Of a DNA stretch of 64,000 bases, positions 48,639 through 62,121 are shown one piece after another (position 1 is the stretch's first letter; each line of letters opens with the position of its first letter). The stretch is from Owenia fusiformis (lineage: Eukaryota). Where the stretch lies: the NCBI GenBank assembly GCA_903813345.2, contig CAIIXF020000001.1:48670001-48734000 (forward strand), written 5' to 3'. The notes under the pieces were generated by a model. It did no database searches, had not been told where the DNA came from, and saw only the letters and a list, made by a program, of their open reading frames with translations. The translations under genes and the position numbers were made by a program.

Positions 48639-51429
48639 ATTTTAGCGACTGAGAAGTATGTGCATTACAAAACTGACGACTTGTACCCTGAGGTCCAGCA
48701 GCTATAGGATTTAGGAAGTTGGCATGAGAGTACTCTATTTAAAAAGTGAAATCAAACTATTGAAAAGGGTAGACTCGTCAGTAAATTAGTTCTCCCATCA
48801 TCTTTTATCGTCTTATTATGTGGATGATAAAACAGATCATAACCTTATTACATAGTCTACCCCCACTTCTTCACAAAAAGAGCAATACGTGATTATCCCG
48901 AGGATATGATTATGTCGCCCACACTTCTTCCTGATTATATCTGTGGAATGTATAAGCCACTAGTTGGGATGGTCTCGCTTTGATCGGATCTTACGATATT
49001 AACGTATATGTGGTCGTTGTGGTTAATCGGATCCAAGGGCAATATCGAGGACATCTCAATGTAGTACTTACTTGAATATTGATTGATAAGACATTAAAAC
49101 GGCGGAGAATCACAGTTTTAATACATATCCTATATTGAGTAATTTCCTTATCAACAGTTTACTTAATTAACGCAATGGGTGATTAGAATTTTCATGATTT
49201 TGACATATGTTTGTTTAAATATTGATAAATAAATCAAAAACTAGAAAGATGAAATAAAAGCGTTCCCAAGACTTCGTATCCGATATTAAAGTAATCAAAA
49301 AGAAAATTCTTGTTGAAAATTGAAAAAATATGCCGTGTTGAATTATTGTGAAACATTACGTATTGAATTTTAATCATAAGATTTTCTATTCAGGATTTTC
49401 CTGAATTCGTGACCTTTTCAGGGTTTGCCCCTACGTCATCGAGTTCAATCAACATGGTCGATTCACCAATCGATGATTTTGCTGAATCACTTATGAATGA
49501 ACCTTCGTCTCTTGCATGTGTATGGATCGTGTTTTTTTATAAAACAAATCCAATATTTTAAAGTACTCGTGTTATCGTATGTACGCACTTTTGTCTCAGC
49601 TGTTTTAGGTAACCAACTTGTTCACAAGAAATCTTCTTCGACCTCGTTCTAGCACAAGATGTACTTCACCTACTTCATTTCAGTTTATCACATTTTTATT
49701 TCAGTTTAAAGTGGTTTTCAGTTCAGTTAATGCTCATGCACTATACGATACCGCAGTGAACGGGACATTTTTACCATTAATAATTTATTTACAGCTAATA
49801 TACAAATAGCCTTCATGTATATGAAGCTACTTCCAAGGATAATGACCCTCAACACAGTTAAATAACTGGTTTCCCATGTATCAGATAAAAAAATCCCCGG
49901 GATTCTAAGGACCTTATACTTGTTGTTGCAACAGGTAGTCCTTATATAACTCTTCGCATTCGTTTGATTTTGCTACTAAAATATATCGCTTCGTCTACCA
50001 CGTCTACTGTTAGTTTATACCTAGGATGATTTCTTCATCCTAGGTTTATACTAAACTGCGGAAATCATAAAGTCCATATTGGAGTATTTCTATTACGGTC
50101 TTTGTTGAATCAAGGATAAAGAAAAGAACAATATTTACAGAATAGTTATACAAACATTATTGTGTATTTATTTGTAAACCTTAGTTGCCGGTACTAGTTA
50201 TCCCTCTTCGCCAGTGGGACAGAAGTAAAGGTTCCCTTTATAGTACCATTGCTTTTACAGGCCTTAATCATGTTAATGACCAGAATTGAATATGCTTCAT
50301 TCATACCTCCATACCAGAAAAGAAGTGAAATACTCTTAGACCAAGGATACTGCTTACTGATAAAATATATTTTTCTTCTCGAAACGGAGCTTTTACCGCT
50401 GGCTGATCTGCCCCAACCCCCCCCCCCCCGAAGAAAAAAATTTTGGGCCATTTTTAGGACCCCAAGTAGAGGGCCTTTTGGGCATTATTGGGCCTTATTT
50501 CAATTTTAGGCCTTATCAAGAAAACGGGCCTTCATTTTTGGGCATCAAAATTTGCGCCCAATCTTTGGTTTTCGCGCAAATATATTTTCACACTTGAAAT
50601 GTGACCCCCTCCCCCTGATAGTTTTCTTCGCCCCTGCTCTACCCCCCCCCCCCTTCCATTCTGGTATCGGCTAGAGCCCCCGTATTAACTTGTGAAAGTG
50701 AAGTGTAGGGTACCATGATCGTATATAAAAGGGCATTGCGTCAAGTTAGCTTGACTCAAGAATTGTTGATCTAATACAGAATAATGGTTTGAAATAACAT
50801 TAGTAATCAGATAATCCCAGTTTAATGATTGACAGGCCATAAGTCACTAATTCGATTATTGATGATAATGGTATCCTTTTCTCTTGAGCACAACTAAGTC
50901 TGCGAACTTGGCTGGCTGGGGGCTGGCTGACTGACTGCGCTATAAGTATTATGGCCGAACTGCAACCGTATTCCCATTTGTGCCTGATTCGGACCATTGC
51001 AGGTCATTCAATGGGAAATTGTTGTCCCCTTTATATAAGATTATCAAGAGTTGAATCATGTCCATAGTCAACACAAGATCACGATTAATTATTTTTCAAA
51101 CAGAGGATAAAGAACAAGGGTACGGTAATGACATACCTGGGACCGGGTTGGGACTGTTTCATTTCCTTAGAACGGTTATTAACCCTGTGTGAACGGATTA
51201 ACAATAGAGTTGCATTAAATGTCGAGAAAAGACTGAAAATTGTTTATGTCAAGGCTTCACTGATCATAAATAAACAAGTCAACAACCTTCAAATCATGTG
51301 AACGGTGTTGTAATGCCTCAGTACTTGTTGCTATGTTTACATTTGAGTTTACATGGCGAGAGCCTTATCGTGAGTAGTTCCCCATTCAGCGCAAGCGCAT
51401 AGACTGCCATTGCTCACCGCTAGCAAACT

Positions 51430-51545
51430 GCTTTATATAGGAGTCTAAAAATAGCACAGCTGTTGAATTATTCATACTTCTCCATATATGGCATATCATC
51501 AATTATCCAGCCAATCGATGCGCCGCAATCGATCACGTGGCATAA
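51430..51545 (+). promoter_or_regulatory. KLF proximal promoter with MEF2 site, CArG box, CCAAT and E-box
   Basis: CTAAAAATAG (51445-51454, MEF2 consensus), CCATATATGG (51482-51491, SRF CArG consensus), CCAAT (51511-51515) and CACGTG (51534-51539), 150-250 bp upstream of the ATG. Confidence 0.65.
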
Positions 51546-51691
51546 CAGATTTTGTAATGAGGCATTCCATTGATAAGTGCGGGAACCTTACAATTCGGTA
51601 ATATAACATTATCAGCTTTACATGAAGCAGGAATAACTTTTGCATCGAGAAAAAACACATGATAAACAATAATAATATCGACTGAAACAAG

Positions 51692-51796
51692 ATGACACAA
51701 GTGATGGATCCCTTGTTAGCTTCGACTAACGTTAACCTTCAAAGCAGTTCGAGCCTACTGTCGAAATACGAAGTAGAACAGTTAGATTTGGCGACG
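51692..51796 (+). CDS. KLF1/2/4-like transcription factor, coding exon 1
   Basis: MTQVMDPLLASTNVNLQSSSSLLSKYEVEQLDLAT followed by ACG|GTAAGT. Phase 0, in frame with exon 2. The second ATG at 51704 is an alternative start. Confidence 0.75.
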
Positions 51797-52947
51797 GTAA
51801 GTAAACTTAAAACATATACTTTTTAAACTTATAAGTTGACGTAAGAAATGCAAATTAATTAAATATAGCCATATTGATTTCATTAACATCAATGGAATGT
51901 TTTAATTGAATTATATCACAAGTACTGTTAATGTGTTCATGTGTTTAATCAGAAGAAAATAATTTGGGGTACTTAAACAGATGGAAATGATGGACTGGGG
52001 CACGGAGGGGAGGGGGGGGGGTAGTAGTCAGTTGGTAGTAATACATCAAATAATTTTTGTGTCTTATCTATGTAAAACAAGGTCAAATTGTCTTATTGCA
52101 TGAAGATGATTAAATCCAGAGTTCATAATAATACACATTGGAATTTACATTAGAACTTGTCATAATAGATATCAATTAATATAAGTTAGCCTCTGGCAAT
52201 AGTAATGTTACAAGCATGATGTATGGTGTAGGAAGCACTAATTCATTAAGAAGATACACGCTGGTGCCACATATAGCCCCGGGATATTGTTATATTGTGT
52301 TATTCTTGATTAATAACACTTGGCATCATGTTGTCTTCATGTTCTCCATATTACATATTACATACAGGGCATTATTAAAGTATACGCTATATTTATTTAA
52401 GAGTACCTTTAATTGTTTTCACCATTATTTAAACACTAGATATAGTAGTAGTAATACTATAATGAGGTCCCAAGATACGGTTCACCTTTTTCAGAATGCA
52501 ATAAAAAGATTTATTGTCGGGTAATAAATGAAAGTTGAATAAATTTTAATGTAAATTGAACATTCTGATACATACCCTAATTATTACATATTGCGGTAAC
52601 AGATCGCACATTACACTATTGTAATATTGTACTCGGTATTATTAATGTCTAGAGACATTTCGATATTAAACATGTGACAATGCAACAGGTGGCTTTAGCT
52701 ATCCAATTATATATTGTCTTCTCGTAAAATAATAATTGTTTGACACGGATTGAGTTTCCAACGTGTCTCAATTTATCGCCATGGAAATGGGTCCCATGTG
52801 TAGTGTATGTGATCATTGAGTGATATGAAGTAAAAATAATTACTTTGGCATATATTCAAGTACCGCACCATCGTTTTGTACTATATAATACTTACATTAT
52901 TAAAACGGGAATGACATAACTAATCGTACTTGTTTCATGCATTACAG

Positions 52948-53988
52948 ATGTGGCAAGATGTTGAGAGCTTCTTGTACGCTGAGGGTACTGATGGTGCCGC
53001 ACTACAGAACAACAGTGGTCTTCCAAGTCCGGGCTTATCTACCTGTAGCAGCCCCTTATCACCAAGCAGTACTGTTACGTCTCTCAACAGCCCACACTCT
53101 CCTTCTTCCGTCAGTACGAGCTCCAACATGGGAGATGCTTATGATGATTTGCTTGATCTTGACTTTATCTTGGAGAAGAGTCTTTACCCTGAAGACAATC
53201 AGATCATCAAACCAGAGAACATAAAGCAAGAGGTGATGGAGAACAATTCACTATGCTCGCAAGGTGCCAGCTTAGCGTGTTCACCCGACAGAAAAATGCT
53301 TCAATTGCCAGACTTTACTTCTGCCTTCATAGACATTCCCGACATCAAGTATGAAGGTGACGAAATGCCATTTATTAAACAAGAGTTCCAAGCCATGCCT
53401 TCACCATGTGCCAACTACAACGCAAACATGACAATCATTCCCAACTCAACGCCATTCAATCCAAACATGCTCATGGGGCACACTACTCCCCCAGCGTCCC
53501 CAAACAATACAAGTAACCTACCCATAGACATGTCACAAATGGTACCACAGATGACCCTGCCGCCACATCTCATATCTAAAATGCGTCAACAAGCACACGT
53601 TGGTCAACATTTAGGACATTTCACTCAGCAAATGATAACACCTCCATCCTCCCCACAGCTTATAGACTTATTGCACGGTGTGCAACCAAAGAAACGTGGT
53701 CGACGTACGTGGGGTCGTAAGCGTCAAACTACACATACATGTTCGTACGATGGTTGTAGCAAAACATACACAAAAAGCTCCCATTTGAAGGCACATATGC
53801 GAACACATACGGGAGAAAAGCCATACCATTGCAACTGGAAAGGATGTGGTTGGAAATTCGCACGCTCTGATGAACTTACACGACATTACCGCAAACATAC
53901 GGGAGATCGGCCGTTCCAATGCCAACTCTGTGAGCGAGCCTTCTCCCGCAGTGATCACCTTTCACTTCACATGAAACGTCATGTATGA
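52948..53988 (+). CDS. Kruppel-like factor of the KLF1/2/4 group, coding exon 2 (381 aa in total)
   Basis: ttacAG acceptor at 52946-52947. Three C-terminal C2H2 fingers ([37 protein letters not shown]). [14 protein letters not shown] and [13 protein letters not shown] motifs are characteristic of KLF2/KLF4. Confidence 0.96.
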   Translation: MWQDVESFLYAEGTDGAALQNNSGLPSPGLSTCSSPLSPSSTVTSLNSPHSPSSVSTSSNMGDAYDDLLDLDFILEKSLYPEDNQIIKPENIKQEVMENNSLCSQGASLACSPDRKMLQLPDFTSAFIDIPDIKYEGDEMPFIKQEFQAMPSPCANYNANMTIIPNSTPFNPNMLMGHTTPPASPNNTSNLPIDMSQMVPQMTLPPHLISKMRQQAHVGQHLGHFTQQMITPPSSPQLIDLLHGVQPKKRGRRTWGRKRQTTHTCSYDGCSKTYTKSSHLKAHMRTHTGEKPYHCNWKGCGWKFARSDELTRHYRKHTGDRPFQCQLCERAFSRSDHLSLHMKRHV

Positions 53989-55264
53989 ACTTGTTGAAAT
54001 CGTCCATGCAAATTGGATCAATTCATTGAATAATGTGCGCAATTTATTTTTGATAATCGTAGCAATGTTTAACATGGTAACATGTATTCAGCCATATACG
54101 TTATCAAGTTTTTGTATAATTGTGTACCCCTAGTTGCATTTTGAGATATTTGTCCAAATGCAACTTACAATGAAGCTTGTGATGTCCGAGATCACGTTAA
54201 TGATGACAGTGTGCAAAATGAACACCTTTGCAAATTCTGTTATTGTTAGCTGATACGGATGGAAACTTTGTGAATTATTGTTTTGTACAATGTTCGTTTA
54301 ACAGTTCTTTTCAAGTTTATATGTGTCATATTGACCTCTAAACTATGAAACTATGCAATATTAAAGATGTGCATTATGTGGTACTTTTGGTGTCCAACCT
54401 TCTGGTGCTCAAGTCAATAAACATGACATGTAGTAGTTAGGAATTTTGGTTGTCACTAAATAATTTGATATGCAAGTGCTGAAGTGCAATCACGTCGAAT
54501 GTCTGTGTTGGTTTGTTTGTAAAAATGAAAACGTGCTTTTTAGAATATAATCTACACCACGATGTTAGTTTCATAACCAATATATATTATATATATATAC
54601 GTATTTTGTTGGCTAGCTTTATAACATTATGGCTTCTACCAATATATTGCTTTGAAAATATTTAGCAGAATCTTTACATTTGAGAAATGATATCAACAAT
54701 TTGATTGCCAATCAAAAACGTATTAAAGAGCCTTAACAAGTTTCTATAATATTTCTTTCACATCAATTTACAATTCGCTTACATGAACTGTTAACTAAAA
54801 TACCTACCTGCCAAATGTTGTTATATTCTGTTAGGCCAATGTGATACTGCATAATAAAATGCATTTATGTGATCATTTTTAAATCTGGTGATACATTTTA
54901 TATTTTTAGAGAATTATAGTAAATGCTTCGGTATGGAATATTATCACAAACATCAGATTAACACAAACCCAATTATTTACATTGATGGGTTTGTACATCA
55001 TATTATTATTGTGTTCATCTAGGAGTGCTTTTTAGATAATAGTAAAAGTAGTACTTGTAATGTTGGAATAGAACTCCGTAATAGTTCGAATTTCAATAAG
55101 GTGCTGATATGTGATTTGTATTTTTGTATGCTATATCATGTCATATCCTTGAACTGCTGTCTCTAGTATATTAGTCTAAACTCCCCTCTCAACTACCGGG
55201 GCTATGTGAAATATGTAAATACAAATAATATAATATATATTATATATTTCAAAAGCAATTTAAA

Positions 55265-55270
55265 AATAAA
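55265..55270 (+). terminator. Candidate polyadenylation signal of the KLF gene
   Basis: AATAAA at the end of a ~1.3-kb AT-rich, repeat-free 3' region, followed by a GT-rich stretch. Other AATAAA hexamers occur at ~54416 and ~54853. Confidence 0.4.
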
Positions 55271-55998
55271 GAATATGAAATATAAAAGAATTTTACATGT
55301 TATGTTGCAGATTAATGTTGTTGAAGAGAATGCGTTCATCTATTGATTGCATTAAGCACCCATAACTCAATAAAATTATAGAGAGCATGAAGTATAATCA
55401 AACAGCTTACTCAAAGAATATTTGAAACTGAATACCACTCCTAAAAACTATAACCTGATTACAAAACTCCCAAATCATCAAATGATCTTTTTAAATGTTT
55501 GGAACTACTTTGAATTTAACAAGCAATCAAATAACTATATAACTTAATAAGCAATCAAATGACTATATTGCAACATGTGTACAAGTCCTAACTGTTGTAT
55601 ATTTAAGATAGTTATGCATAATGTGCAGCAAAAATGTTTCTATTTTTACATATTCTGTTTCAATATGGTCCTTTATTGCTTATTTTTTAGATTCAAAGTA
55701 GTTCCAAACATTTAAAATTTTACTGTAGTAAATGTTGCTTGAGTTTGCCCAATTAAATTACCACCACATATTGTAATGTGATTCATTACTTTTCATTCAC
55801 CCCCTCCTCTCTAGATGTGTAAAATAAATGTTCATAATATGAAATAAAAAAACAGTTTCTTACTTATAGTCGATTATTTCCATAATATATGGAATGTTAA
55901 GAAAATAAGAACATTTTTCATAAAAAGATGTCATTACTTAACACTCCACAAGGTGTCCCTGATTAAAAATGATCCACAAATCAATAAAATAATTCACA

Positions 55999-56120
55999 GT
56001 GGTCACATTTGCTCCGATTTTCAGTACATCGGCGCCCGGCCGATGGGTATGTTGTTCAAAATTGCATTCAGGTTTGAACAACTCAATGGCCGGGCACCGG
56101 TGTCGAAGCAAATGTGACCA
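55999..56120. repeat. Palindromic MITE-like hairpin
   Basis: tggtcacatttgct..catcggcgcccggcc..ttgttcaaa / tttgaacaa..ggccgggcaccggtg..agcaaatgtgacca. Confidence 0.65.
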
Positions 56121-59100
56121 TACCCGGGGACCATAACATTACATTTATACCGGTTGGTGGTAATAGAAGCCTGGGATTCATTTTTCTACATTTTCATCAA
56201 GTTGGTGCAAGCCTAATTTTCTGTGGGTTGGTCACCCTCAGTTGAGCGCCCTACTTCTTTAATACTGGGGTGGCCACTTGTGATGAATATAATGGATGCC
56301 AAGGCATAAATTACGAGCAAAATCTAAAAATACTTACAAAAGACAGATATAGATGGCATTGGAATACAGTCGACGTAGGTGTGAGATTGCATATCGTCGA
56401 GACGGTATCGACTATTTATCTCATTGACAAAGGGGACATGCCATTAAGAGGCCATTCTCGGACTTAGTCATTTTTTCAAAAGTGTGAAAATAAAAAACCT
56501 CATGAAAAGTTCTTAAAATATCCTGAATACCAAGTTGAATATATATTTTTAATGATGGCACAAGCAAAAGTCTGAAAATTAACATGAAATGAGGGGTTTT
56601 GACAGATGCAAAAAATGGTAGTTATGTGATGAAGAAATATAAGTTTTTGCAGTAACAACACAATTACCTCGAAGTTATCAGTTATGAGAGGCTGAGGACT
56701 AAACTTGACATAATACTCAATCTCAGATTATCAGAAGTATCTAACTTAAGCCGGACAGCCACTCAAAATGTATATGGAGCCCATAAGATACATTTTTCTC
56801 AATCGAAGTCACTATTTCTGTTTTTAGCATCAGAGGATAGGAAGTATATGAACATGCTAAGTTTACCTAGATCACACGCCTTACCACAAATATAAAGTAT
56901 ATAGGAATAGAGTTGATATCTGTGAGAACCTTAAACTTCCCATTTTATTGGGGATGGGACTTGTGATTCATGTGTATTTCTAACTTCTTCACATGTGCAT
57001 GGATCTAAAATTGTGGCAGCCATCTTGGATTTGTCATATATGTGGACATGGTTTTGGTTGTGCTGAATTTGTTTCAAAATAACATTTCTTGTATACATTC
57101 GATAAGTAAGATAGGCATTTGAAATTAAATACAGATAGTACACTTGACATTTAATGCAGTAAACGGTAATACAATTCATTCTTACGTAATAAGTGAGTCC
57201 AGACAAAAGTTGTTATTGTGTTAGTTTAACTGGGCATAAATTACACTCATTGGGCTTGGTTTTCTTAATTGGCTTGGATAAAATGTTGTTCTATTTATTC
57301 AGAAAAGGAGTATAGTTCAATATACAAGTTCACATTCATTCCATCCTCTTGTAGAAATGAATCTCATATTATTTCATCTCGAATATAGAACACAAAAATA
57401 TAATAAAAAACAAGTTTCTATTAATTGCAAAAGTTAGCTTCCATGTCATGACTGAGTTTGGGTTCCGCTTCTAGAGAAAAAAGGTATTCCCTCTGGAAAT
57501 ATCGTATTGACCATTGCTATACACTCCATATTTAATCCTCCCTGTAAATAACATTGATATACGTATGGTATATATGACACCGAGGATCTGGAGTTTGGGT
57601 AATGTGAGACATGAGTTGCTACTTTTTGAATCTCATATTCAATATTCTTTCTTAAAACCTCATATTTAATATTTTTGGAGTGGTAATTCAATTATTTACC
57701 TATTTGTTATTCTTTATTCTATAGTTGGGCTCTGTTAGGTAACATGAAAACATATTTATGATATTTTGCAAATGCCTGGGAAAAGTGATATCTGTGTAAT
57801 ACGGCAAATATTTCACAGATATCACCTTTTACCAGGGATTTGAAAACTACCACCAATATGATGTGTTTTGTTACATAGTGATTTCATGACATCACGGGGA
57901 TGAATGAATAAATGGATGTTGTTTTGATATGTTTTGTTTAGTTTTATAGGTGAACTATGGGATAAATAGAACATCCTATGAACGTTCGTGATATCGTGTT
58001 AATCCACTCATTGATACCAATATATGTGCTAATTGGCATACTAACTTCGCAAGATATTGATATCAACTCGGAGATAAAGATAAAATCATTTAAAATCATA
58101 TGATATCCTATACATATCCTTTACTGTGTCATAACTTTCTCATATGTTATATTTTGGCACAGGCCATCATTAATTTTCCTTGAATTCATGCTTTTGTTCC
58201 TCGTTTTAGAAATGAGAGGAAATCTTTGATTTTCCTTGTATTTGAATTGCTTAAATTATGCCCTGTTATGTGATAAAGTCAATAGTATCCACCACAGTCA
58301 CAGTTGAAATGTACCCATTGCTAGCCCAGAACCTACCAAAATAGCATTTGCATTTTGCCAATATTGCCCTATGTGCTTTTCCATGAAAATAGTTTTAATC
58401 GTATCTTTTCTTCAGTATTTCATATATTACATTTTAATATATTTAAATTGGTTTATATTTATATATTATTTACTTAGACAGCAATAAATAAAAACATCAA
58501 AAATGGTATATGATCTTTAAATGACTGTTCTGTGAACATCAAAGCTCAAAATTCGCTGAAATTGTAATTTTATAAAGCACAAATCATTTTTCTTCAAAAT
58601 TCTATGCATTATTATCAGATATCTTTTGGGGCTAAAAAGGGCCCTTATTGACACCCGTCCTTTGGTTTATGATACATTTGCATTGACAGTATATAAATTG
58701 AAATGAACCTGTTGAATGTAACAACAGTCATAGTCTATATTTTAGACTTTATTTTGTACATTTTCTGTTTCATAAAGTATTTGATAATCCAAATCAGAGA
58801 CCATTAAAAGGCTTATCTCATTTTTATTTAAGCACCCATATACAATGCTTTCAATATATGGGCGCCCTTTTAGTGTCAATTTTTATGTATTATAGGCAAA
58901 GCATATAAACTGTATTATCAAATATTTTAAATGCCCCAAATATATAGGATATTGATTAATTGAAAATCTAATTTAAAAAACACGACAACTCTTTTAAAAT
59001 GGTGTATATTAAACGTTTTATTTTGTTTTGCTGTAAAAGACCATGTGAAGTATGGCAAGTGATTTTAGACGGTCATATCTTTCACCATGAGTACTTTCTG

Positions 59101-59186
59101 GGTATAAATACAGGTTTTTTCTTATTAAAACAACATGTTTTCTTTCAAGTGAAGTCCCCATGATGATAAAATATGCCTTAGATTAT

Positions 59187-59452
59187 ATCTTCATATTCCG
59201 AACATGCTCTGGTGTATCTAATAAATTGAGATATACCCCATTAGAATGATACATTTAAAGGAATATTACGAATAGGCCGAGGAAATTCCTGAATTGAAAT
59301 CATCTCGTTTCTTATTATACAATTATTCAGTTTCACTTACATAATGTTGTTCCTGTATAATAAGAAACGAGATGATTTCAGTTCAGAAATTTCCTCGGCC
59401 TATGGGGTTCAATTTATTAGATACACCAGAGCATGTTCGGAATATGAAGATA
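59187..59452. repeat. Nested palindromic element
   Basis: Outer arms atcttcatattccgaacatgctctggtgtatctaataaattga and its inverse; inner arms ataggccgaggaaatt..catctcgtttcttattataca and its inverse. Confidence 0.75.
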
Positions 59453-60667
59453 TTAAATTTTGACTTAATAAAGAGATCAATCAGGACTTAACGCGTAAGA
59501 CTATCTTACTGTGACGTGTCTATCCCTCAATCCGTGTGTTTGTCCGTTCAATTGTTAAGATGTTCATCACTAGGAAAGACCTAAAACGGAGTTTAGGCTC
59601 GTTGTTTTCAAATGTTACACTTTTTTTATTAAGTCAAATGTTCCGAATCGTAGACTACAATATGTTAACGGTAATTAGGCCAATCTACAGTCGTTATCAG
59701 AATATTAACAATGATTAGTTTTCTCCAAACGTTTTTACAGATGTGTTACATGAATCATTGTTACCAACTACACCTCCATTGAGACTTTAAACTAGCTCTA
59801 TGCTACTTATATATTCTGGAAATAAAAAACGAATATTGGCGTTCCACTATATATCACTCTATGTACAGTCATTAACTCAACAATTGCCTGAGTTATGTAA
59901 ATTAAACCCCGTGAGCATTGTTTTAAACGTCCTACATTGACAATGATGAATAAAAATACATTCTTCGTTTGAGGAACGCTGGATGTTTCAGCATTAGATT
60001 GCTAATTGCCGATATAAGTGGTTCCCAAGAGAGGGACTTAAAACCTGGTAAAAATGATATAGCTTTGTGAGGTCTGTATGAAAACTGGGAAATAATTTCC
60101 AGGAGTCTGATAAGCCTATAACTACATCCCAATGCTCTCTTTTTCCCCAGGATGTTCTGGTTTATCTAAAATTGCTATTGTCTAGCAAATTGTTACAAGC
60201 TCATTTAGAGCCAATTTGATATTATATTTGTTTTCTTGCTTTGAGTCAGCCATGTGTTTTATGTTCCTCATTGATATGGATATTGGTGAGGCCATATCAT
60301 GGCTGACATTCATGATTACATTCATTAGTGATAATTATGGCTGACATAAATGGATCAAACATTACCATCGACAAGACCAACCAACATTAAATATGAGGCC
60401 TAAGACGTACTTATGACCACTGAAATATTCTTTCAACATGGAACATCGAACAGCATAAAATAAATACTTTTTGTTACTTACGATCCCTGAAAAATTCTTT
60501 AAATATTCCAATACAATTAGATATCAACGATCATGAAAGAATACTTATGACCACTAAAATAGTCTTTCTATTACTTTGAAAACAACAGATAGTATCATAA
60601 AAAGTTTTTTTACTTATGATTTTACTCCAGATACAATTAATAATTAATATCGAACAACATCATTAGA

Positions 60668-60910
60668 GAGATGTCGCAACTCACTTGTAGCATGTTTATT
60701 ATCACCGTAAAACTTATGAAGCGTTTGATTATGCCATCATTTATTGCGTAGCTCTATACTTCCATAAGTGATATTCTTGTAAATAGTCGTCTATACGTAA
60801 GGATACCACACTTATGGACGTATAGAGCTGCGCAATAACAGATGACGTAATCAAACGCTTCATAAGTCATACGGGAATAATGAAAATATAAGTGAGTTGT
60901 GAAATCTCTC
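60668..60910. repeat. Palindromic MITE-like hairpin
   Basis: agagat.tcgcaactcactt..cttatgaagcgtttgatta..ttattgcg.agctctatac versus gtatagagctgcgcaataa..taatcaaacgcttcataag..aagtgagttgtga.atctct. Confidence 0.65.
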
Positions 60911-60940
60911 TATTGACACGTACTTTGACTTATAACCACT

Positions 60941-61967
60941 CATGCCCGTAGCCAGCTTTTTGTAAGGGGGGCTCGAACCCCCCCCCCCCCCCCTAAAAAA
61001 ACCGCCCCCCCCCCCAAAAAAAAATTCCCCTTGCTAAACCAAGCCCCTTTGTATTGTAAAGGACAGTGGCGGATCCGGAAGCTAACAAGGGGGGCCCACA
61101 CTTCAAGTCAGGAAAAAATATCCGCGCGTGCGCGGAAAAACTTTTAAGGGCCCTAAAACCCAGATTTGGGCCAAAATTTAGAAAATCTATGGCACGTTTT
61201 TTGAAAATTTGGCCTCACATTGAAAAAAATAAGGCCCAAAAAGGTCAAGTAATGCCCAAAAAGGCCCACTGAAGAGGCCCTACAATATTTTTACGCCAAC
61301 ATATTTTTCTGGGCCCATCCTAGGGCAGCGCAGAAAATTATTTAGGGCCCTAAAACCAAAATTTGGGCCTAAATTTTGAAGATTTATGGCCCTTTTTTGA
61401 AAATTTAGCCTGAAATTGAAAAATAAGGCCCAAAAAGGTCAAGTAAAAAGGTCAAGTGAAGGCCAACTAAAGAGGCCCTACAATATTTTTGGCCCAACAT
61501 TTTTTTCTTGGCCTATCCTAGGGCCGTACATAAAATCTTTTAGGGCCCTTAAACCAAAATTCGGGCCAAAATTTTGAAAATTTATAGCCTGTTTTTTTTA
61601 TTAAATTTTATTAATTATTTATTAAAGTAATGCCCCAAAAGGCCCACTAAAAAGGCCCTGTAATATTTTGGGCCAACATTTTTTCTGGGCCCATCCTAGG
61701 GGGAGATGGCCCCATGCCTAAAAAAACAGAGGGAAAGGGGCACAAATATGTCAGCGAAAAAAATTGGGCCAAATTTTGAAAAATAATGCCCAAATTCGAA
61801 AAACAATGCACAGTAATGCCAGTTTCTTAATCTTAATTGCCAAGTGAATGTGGGGAAGAGCAAGTTTTTCTTCAAGGAACCAAAAAGGTAGGTCCACTTT
61901 TTTTTAGGAGATATCAGGGGGGGGCTCGTACGAGCCCCCAGAGCCCCCCCCCCTGGCTACGGGCCTG
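60941..61967. mobile_element. hAT-like non-autonomous element with 5-bp TSD and internal ~190-bp tandem units
   Basis: CCACT|CATGCCCGTAGCCAG...CTGGCTACGGGCCTG|CCACT. Removal restores the local repeat ttat.accactg.aatattc. Three units of agggccctaaaacc..atttgggcc. Confidence 0.75.
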
Positions 61968-62121
61968 CCACTGCAATATTCTTAAAACATAACCATGGAA
62001 CATCGGACAGCATCATTTAGAATTAGAAGTATTTTACTTATGATCACTGGAATATCCTTAAACCATAATTAAGAAGTACTTTTACTTAAAAGTATATGCT
62101 TAAATATTATCAGTGAACATA

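Noticed and set aside
52930..52947. ORF-track start for the KLF protein
   Set aside because: It is a TTG within the intron's acceptor region. The exon starts after ttacAG at 52948 and joins the upstream exon.
59930..60320. Possible degraded coding sequence (minus frame ...GLSDSWKLFPS...)
   Set aside because: Only a vague resemblance to polymerase motifs; too short and interrupted to support a call.
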